A stretch of 55,957 nucleotides of DNA, filler included, from Sphacelaria rigidula (lineage: Eukaryota), in assembly GCA_964200075.2 (NCBI GenBank). It is 6 parts of 6 records of this genome, joined end to end, with 100 filler letters (N's around TTAATTAATTAA, not from the genome) between each part and the next. Parts side by side here need not be neighbours in the genome. Positions count along the whole stretch, not along the records: positions 46,716 to 55,957 come from CAXNAA020008950.1; 5 more parts are not named here. One strand, given 5' to 3'. The notes beneath the pieces are model-generated. The model had not been told where the DNA came from, did not search any database, and worked only from the letters and a program-made list of their open reading frames with translations. A program made the translations under genes and the position numbers. This document shows positions 50,074 to 55,957 of this stretch, one piece after another; the first letter of the stretch is position 1, and the number at the start of each line of letters is the position of its first letter.

Positions 50074-53000
50074 ATGCTCAAGCCAGCGTGTGAAGTACAA
50101 CGTGTTCATCATGGCGCATTCCCAGGGCCTGACGATAGATACAATACAGTTCGGATCACGTTCCAGTGCGTACAGGGAAGAGCGGCGAGGTGAGGGAGGT
50201 GAGTGAAAGGATCAACGACGAGAGACGATCATTGACCCCTTCTCTGAGGCAAGTCCATCATTTGGTCATGCCGTGCATTGTACGTTTGGTATACGGTACT
50301 ATCCATGATCACGCTCCCCCTCCATGCTCAAAGGAGGCTTTGTCCTACTGGCGCAGAACTCGTCTTGAATGGCTTTCCATGATTGCATATGCGCGACCAC
50401 ACACGAGAAGAACCACTGACAAAAAAAGACGGTCAGTATGGTATGTGGTCGGCAGAACCAACACACCGAATCTAGCGAATCTTGTCGCAAAAAGCAAATT
50501 GAAACGCGATCCATTTCAAACAAGTACCTGCTAAAAGTATTGGGTGCGCTCATATCCAATTGTGTAAAAACACTGTAATTATGGAGATGACGAGGCGCTG
50601 AACGAGCACATCACTGAAAATGACATGATTCGAACCCGACAATGATATCGACAAAAACACTATAATTTATGATAGTCTTGTAACGTCGACAAACTAGACA
50701 CACAACAAAGGGAGGCGGGAAAAAATACTACAGCGCCAAGGTCTTACATCAAGTGTGGCGTATCCGCCCGTCGCCAAAGGAAGCCGAAAAAAATGCCTAT
50801 CGCAAGAGTAATGATTAGAGGCGATAGCAAAAGACGGTTCAAGGCGATATAGCCATCTTCGAAGCCTGGAACTCGGTGCATGTTCATCTCGGGGTTAGGT
50901 ACACAGCCACCAGAACTTAAATATTGATATGTGGAAACCCGGGTACAGACTGACTGTACCTCTGTGGTCGAGCAAATGTGGAGAGCGGAAGGACATTGTG
51001 AGTCGGCCTGACTACGCTTTTTTCGTCAACCCTTTTCTGGAAAGACTGAACATCTCCAATACAAGCATCGTGTATCTAAGACCTGAGTTTCGCTGCAGTT
51101 GTTGATCAAGTCGTTGTTCAAGACCTCATTATCTCTCCAAAAAACAGAACAGCAAACGAACATACGTACTCTGTCCCAGTAGTCTCGGTGGTTATGTTGT
51201 ACGGGCTCTTAATTAACCGTATCCGCTCCTTCTTTTTTTTTGTTTTTTTGCATTCTTCGGCGTTTTGTTAGTTAAAACCCATTGGCAGTTTGTTGATGCT
51301 GGACCCTTGTGACCGAATGGCTGCTAAAATATCAGTCGGCCCGAAAACTGCCGTGTTTCGCCTCTCCTCGGGGGGCAAGGAAAACCCCGGCCCCGTCACT
51401 CCCAAAGGTATGCAAACTGAAGAAAACATCTGTGAAAGCGGAAATTTTTTACTCAAGCATGCATTAGGTGGCTGACTTACTGGTTGTGAAGGTATCACAA
51501 AACATCTGCTACTGGTGTTGAACGCTTCACCATATGCCTGTTGTTGCATGGCACACCACCTCACACACATAACACGACGTCTGCACGCACACGGGGCCGT
51601 TTGGCTACCCCCCAAAATCCCCCAAAGCGGCCAATTTTCGAGCCTCTCGAGAATTCAAGCGCCTCCCGAGGAACTGAATGCTTTCAGAGGGGTAGTTTTT
51701 GGTTTCCTCCAGAGGAATTGGACGCCCCCGGAGGCTTGTTTCTGCCTCTGGAGGGCCGCGCACTCCTCCGGAGGCATTTTTCTCCCCCAAATTCCTCCTG
51801 AGGGGTGCGCAGCCCTCCAGAGCGGTAGTTTTTGGTTTTCTCCAGAGGGATGAAAGGCCCCCGGAGGCTTTTTTTGCCTCTGGAGGGCCATGCATCCCTC
51901 CGAAGGCATTTTGGGGGGTAGCTCATTGTCCGCGTGTGCGGTACCGCCCTGTTTATAGTACGGCACAGCACATGGGGCAGTACTGTCGTTTACCAGCGCA
52001 CTGTCTGTGCTGCGTTCTATGCTGAACTTGTGATGGGTACCCACCCTCTTCCCCGGAGTACCTACATGATGACGTGTCGCAAATACGGAGGGATGCACAG
52101 AGTATACATCTTATTAGGGTAGTTTGCAACACCTTTGTTTTCGGTAACACGTAAATTTCCGGAACTTTTCTGTTTTTCGGGTGAGATCTACCTGTGTCAA
52201 GTTCGATCCACGACCTCTTCGTCACTCATGAATTCTTGTATACACACACCACTGCAGCACCGCGTCCGGTCGTTGTGTATTATTGTCATTTTGTTGGAAA
52301 CCTCATTATGATTATTTCGCAATCTTGATGCTCATGAATGTGCCGGTACTGTAGAGTGCCGGATAAAGTATACAGGAGTTGGGCCAGTCTAGGAGCGGAT
52401 CTGCAGGTTGCAGGCTCATTCTCACCTGAATTTTGGGAGTTAAAAGTATGTAGAATGAAGAGGGCGTAGTACAAAGAATCAATTGGGACAAAACGACTTT
52501 TTTTTTTTCTTGCTTGACTTCAGGGTGAAAACCAAGATCGAGTTTCCAGCAAAATGTCCGTACGAGTAATTCATGCAAAATAATCCCTCTGTCTCAATTG
52601 ATATTGTTCCTACTATACCTTGTTCATTCTCTATACAAAATTCGACAGTCCAACTCTCGAAGTTGAGGTGACGGGCGATGTAGAACCCGGGACGTTTGAA
52701 ATTCGGAACAGCATTTCGTAGACCATTCACCAACCCAGTTTTGGTACCTGCGCTTTGAAATTTCGTGCGGGAAATCGCTAGTGCAACCACGCTGGTTTAG
52801 GGTGAGCGACCGAAGTTTATTCCCCAGTGATTTTTCACGCCGTTTTCCGAGTGAGACCCTGACTTTCTGCTCACGGGTGCTCTAGATATTCAGAAAGGCT
52901 GTATAAATAGGATATTTCGATTGTTTTCGCTTACCAGACATCCGGGGTCCCAGGAGGCGCTCTCCTGGGACCTCGGGTGTCTGGCGAACAAAAAAATCGA

Positions 53001-53427
53001 AAGATCCCATTCGTACAGCCTTTCGAAATATCTCAAGCACCCGTGTGCAGAAAGTCAGGGGTCTAACCCCAAAAAATGGCATGAACAATCGCCTGTATGT
53101 GCGTTGAAGTTTACAAGTGTACGCGGTATCTCCCTAATTACTTGATACCCGTATGCAGAGAACGGGGAACACGACGCCTTCCCCGTGTGCATTTCTTCAG
53201 TCGAGCAAATATCATACACGTATTCTGCTCCAACCAGCTCCCAAGCGTAAATACAAACCATGTGTATTCCATCACACACACTCACATGTGCATCCACCGA
53301 TTGAATGTGTGTCCACCAGTCATAGTGTATGCCGATTGGTGCCCCTTCTGCCGAATCTTGACGGGAAGGACGGCCCTGTAGATAACACACGAAAAGAAGC
53401 AACGTACCGCAAACACCGCAACAAAAG
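50074..53427 (+). CDS. Candidate spliced gene, unknown protein: exons 50074-50189, 51289-51407, 53159-53246, 53320-53427
   Basis: All four exons are bounded by CAG/GT and phases chain 0-2, 2-1, 1-2, 2-2 into one open frame (MLKPACEVQ...GRAASLLMLDPCDR...PKENGEHDAFP...SQAHSVCRLVP...KHRNK); no recognisable domain. Confidence 0.45.
51608..51918. mobile_element. MITE with TA flanks and an internal tandem duplication (period about 133 bp)
   Basis: TA|CCCCCCAAAAT ... ATTTTGGGGGG|TA; CCTCTGGAGGGC repeats. Confidence 0.75.
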
Positions 53428-54597
53428 GTATGTTTTTTAGAGAAAGTGGATGGACGGGTAGATGCAGGGAGCGAAGGGGGGGGAGGGGCATGCAGTAAAT
53501 GCGAACAGCTGTGGTGCTATACGAAAAAAAATCAACGGGCATGGGCAGTACTATAGTGCAGCGCTAAACATAGGAGTGCATGGTGTTCTCTTGCCGTTGC
53601 GACTAGTGTCACATGGCGTCCTACGGTCTTCCTGCTATTTCCCACGCACCACCACCCACCCACCAAGTTGTGCTCATGCAAAGTGCGGGAAGTCGCGGGC
53701 ACTCGAGACGAAATAACGGCCAGTGAAGTAAGCATCTCCCAGTGTATCGAAAAAGATGAGACAACTGATGCGCAGTAAGGACGGGGAAAAAAATAGTGGG
53801 TGCCGCAAAACAAACGAGATATGATACCACGCTCTCGGCGAAACAAACGAGATGTGACACGATGTTCGACACAGTTCATCCTCGAGAGAGAAAAAGACGA
53901 GATGTCGTAGTATGTCGTAGTATATGTCACAGTATACGACCTTGGCGTCATGCTGCTGTTGACGTTGACCATGCATCGTCTACCAGGGTCGGATCGATAA
54001 ATATGTGGTGCCTACGTTCAATCATGTACTGGCACAATCGCCAATGCCTCTAATAGTGCTAATCTTTTTTGGTAGGTAAAGCGTACGCTAAAGACCATTG
54101 GCACTCTGGAAGTGGCAAGGACTGGGTGCGTGGGTGGGGGCATCGAGCGCGCAACAAGCAAATATTTCAAATAATTCACCCACCACCGGGATCAACTTTG
54201 TGTTAGCCAAGCCAACATAACACGTACGTTAGCTGGCCACCCCTGGCAATCGCTTTCCTCATCTGTCGTCGCGTCGGGGGTGGGTGACTTTTGAGGAGCC
54301 TGAGTGATGCGGTGACGCCCCAAAACAGAGAATCAGGGTAGATACACGTGACAGCATGTCGGAAGCAAAGGACTTGCTCGCGAGCTCCCCGCTTATTTGT
54401 CTCGCACAATCAACGTACCGGCCTCGCGCTCATCATCCCATAAAGCCCGCTAGACACGTAGATCAATGACACACTGAAGTTGGCTGTACGTGAAATACCG
54501 ACGTCCCGATCTATCCACACGAACTGTCGCCGTGAAATTTCTCCCGACTCATCACTTCTGACACCTGGCTCGGCTGCTAGTTGTCGGGGAGTGAAGC

Positions 54598-54917
54598 CTA
54601 ATGTCTGGTCACCCGTCGCCAACCGAAGTTGCGATAAAACCAATCCGCGCCTCTCGCATGAATCTCCTTAACAGCATCGAAATAGAGTAGGTAGGAGGGG
54701 CCTTAGGGTTCTGACAACAAACAAAGGGGTTGCGCGGCGGCTGTGCTGAATTCAGTGGGGCGGACTGCACTGACAACGACATCGTCTGCACCTTCACTTA
54801 TCATCACCTGAAAATCCTCAGCTGCTGGTTCACCAGCGTCGGAGTAGCACTGCTGACGCATGTACTCCAACATCAGTAGCTCTGTTGCACTCACTGCCAC
54901 GGGCGACCGTTTTCCCT
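54598..54917 (-). CDS. Candidate last two exons of an unknown gene (54808-54917, 54598-54666)
   Basis: AG/GT-bounded, phase-0 join giving GKRSPVAVSATELLMLEYMRQQCYSDAGEPAAEDFQ|EIHARGADWFYRNFGWRRVTRH*; possible upstream exons at ~55360-55500 and ~55675-55820. Confidence 0.45.
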
Positions 54918-55957
54918 CTGAGTATATAACACAAACATGACGCCGCTTTAGAGACACGAGAAGACGTTTCCGAGCGTGCTACAGGGTCGAGCACAAAATC
55001 AGGCAATATATCGTGATTTAAATTTGTTCGCCGCCTTTACAAGAAACTTGCTCAAGGCACATAACATCCTGCACGGCAGTTCAAAACATACGAGTTCAAG
55101 CGCACGATGCGAGATATCACGACTGGTTTGTTATCAACATCCGTGCACATGAAGAGCGCTCTCAGCAATGATCACGTGGCAAGTCACCAATTGGAGAACT
55201 CGTGGTCAAAACCGGAAAGCACCAGCCAAAAAAAAGCACGAAGAGATAGCGCACGACATGATCACCTGCATTGACGTCGTGTTTCCCTCAACAAAATCTC
55301 CGTTCACTGTTCCTTTCTCGATCCTCGCCGGTCCTCCACGCCACGCTATGGTTACCCTCTTTTCCCACTCCGGACTTCTTCAGCTTTCAGTTCGGCATCC
55401 CTACGCTGCCACAGCACTTCGCATTCAACGATCTCCCTCCAACCCGCTGAAACCGTCTGGGGATGATTACCACTCGGCTTCCTCTTCCTCCTGCTCGTCT
55501 ATCGTTGCACGACAAACGGAAGTCATTTCACTACTTTATGATGAAACATTCCCGAAATGAGGCTGTCCCAAGCGACAAGGTCACGTTTCTGTTTGTGTAC
55601 TCGCTCCACAGATGATTTCCTGAGAAGAGCCTAAACGATCATCCAACTATAGTGACGTCGCTGCATTACTTACCATGGCCGTCGCCGCACTCCACCCACT
55701 GATCTGCAGCACGGTCGCACCCGCGCGAGGCCAAAAGCTGAAAACGGCAGAAGAACAACAGCAGGAGCAAGAGTCCACCGAGTAGTCGTCCCGCCGCCTG
55801 CTTCTGTACCCGTCCCCACCTTTATGTTGTAGTGTTGTGGTTCTATACTTTTTCGGTTCCGATGGCTTTTCACCCAAGTGTGTCATGTCCCGCGTCGGCG
55901 TGGGCCTCACGCCGCCGACTCCACGCACTGATCTACAGCACGGTCGCGCCCCGCCGA

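Noticed and set aside
53320-53381. Thioredoxin-like YADWCPFC motif
   Set aside because: The frame stops 9 codons later with no thioredoxin continuation; another frame fits the splice phases. A pseudogene origin is not fully excluded
1-55957. Fanzor/TnpB, intact transposase, tRNA or rRNA genes
   Set aside because: No RuvC/zinc-finger or intact DDE ORF and no recognisable structural RNA seen by eye; tRNAscan, Infernal and HMM searches would be needed to exclude them formally

Overview
This window is not one locus. It is six unrelated, size-sorted contigs (five of 9243 bp and one of 9242 bp) joined by identical 100-bp spacers (44 N + TTAATTAATTAA + 44 N), so nothing should be linked across the spacers. 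The DNA is eukaryotic, repeat-dense and intron-rich. A brown alga (Phaeophyceae) is inferred from the LINE and Ty3/gypsy RT remnants, the CAG/CAA tracts and the exon style. Most ORFs in the track are spurious. Contig 1 (1-9243) is a nest of transposons: a hAT-type element with an 8-bp TSD, and a young non-autonomous Ty3/gypsy LTR element carrying a decayed RT, a LINE RT fragment and a MITE. Contig 2 holds the 3' exons of a copine gene, a piggyBac-like insertion and long foldbacks. Contig 3 holds MITEs, foldbacks and scattered candidate exons. Contig 4 holds a two-exon piece of a single-pass membrane protein gene with a 7.6-kb TE-filled intron. Contig 5 holds the most interesting region: a frameshifted, intronless ORF that reads as a BTB/POZ domain fused to an NCLDV major-capsid-like domain, next to small membrane ORFs, i.e. 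a probable decayed endogenous giant-virus segment. Contig 6 holds two candidate spliced genes and further MITEs. All protein family assignments were made by eye from motif resemblance; no searches were run.
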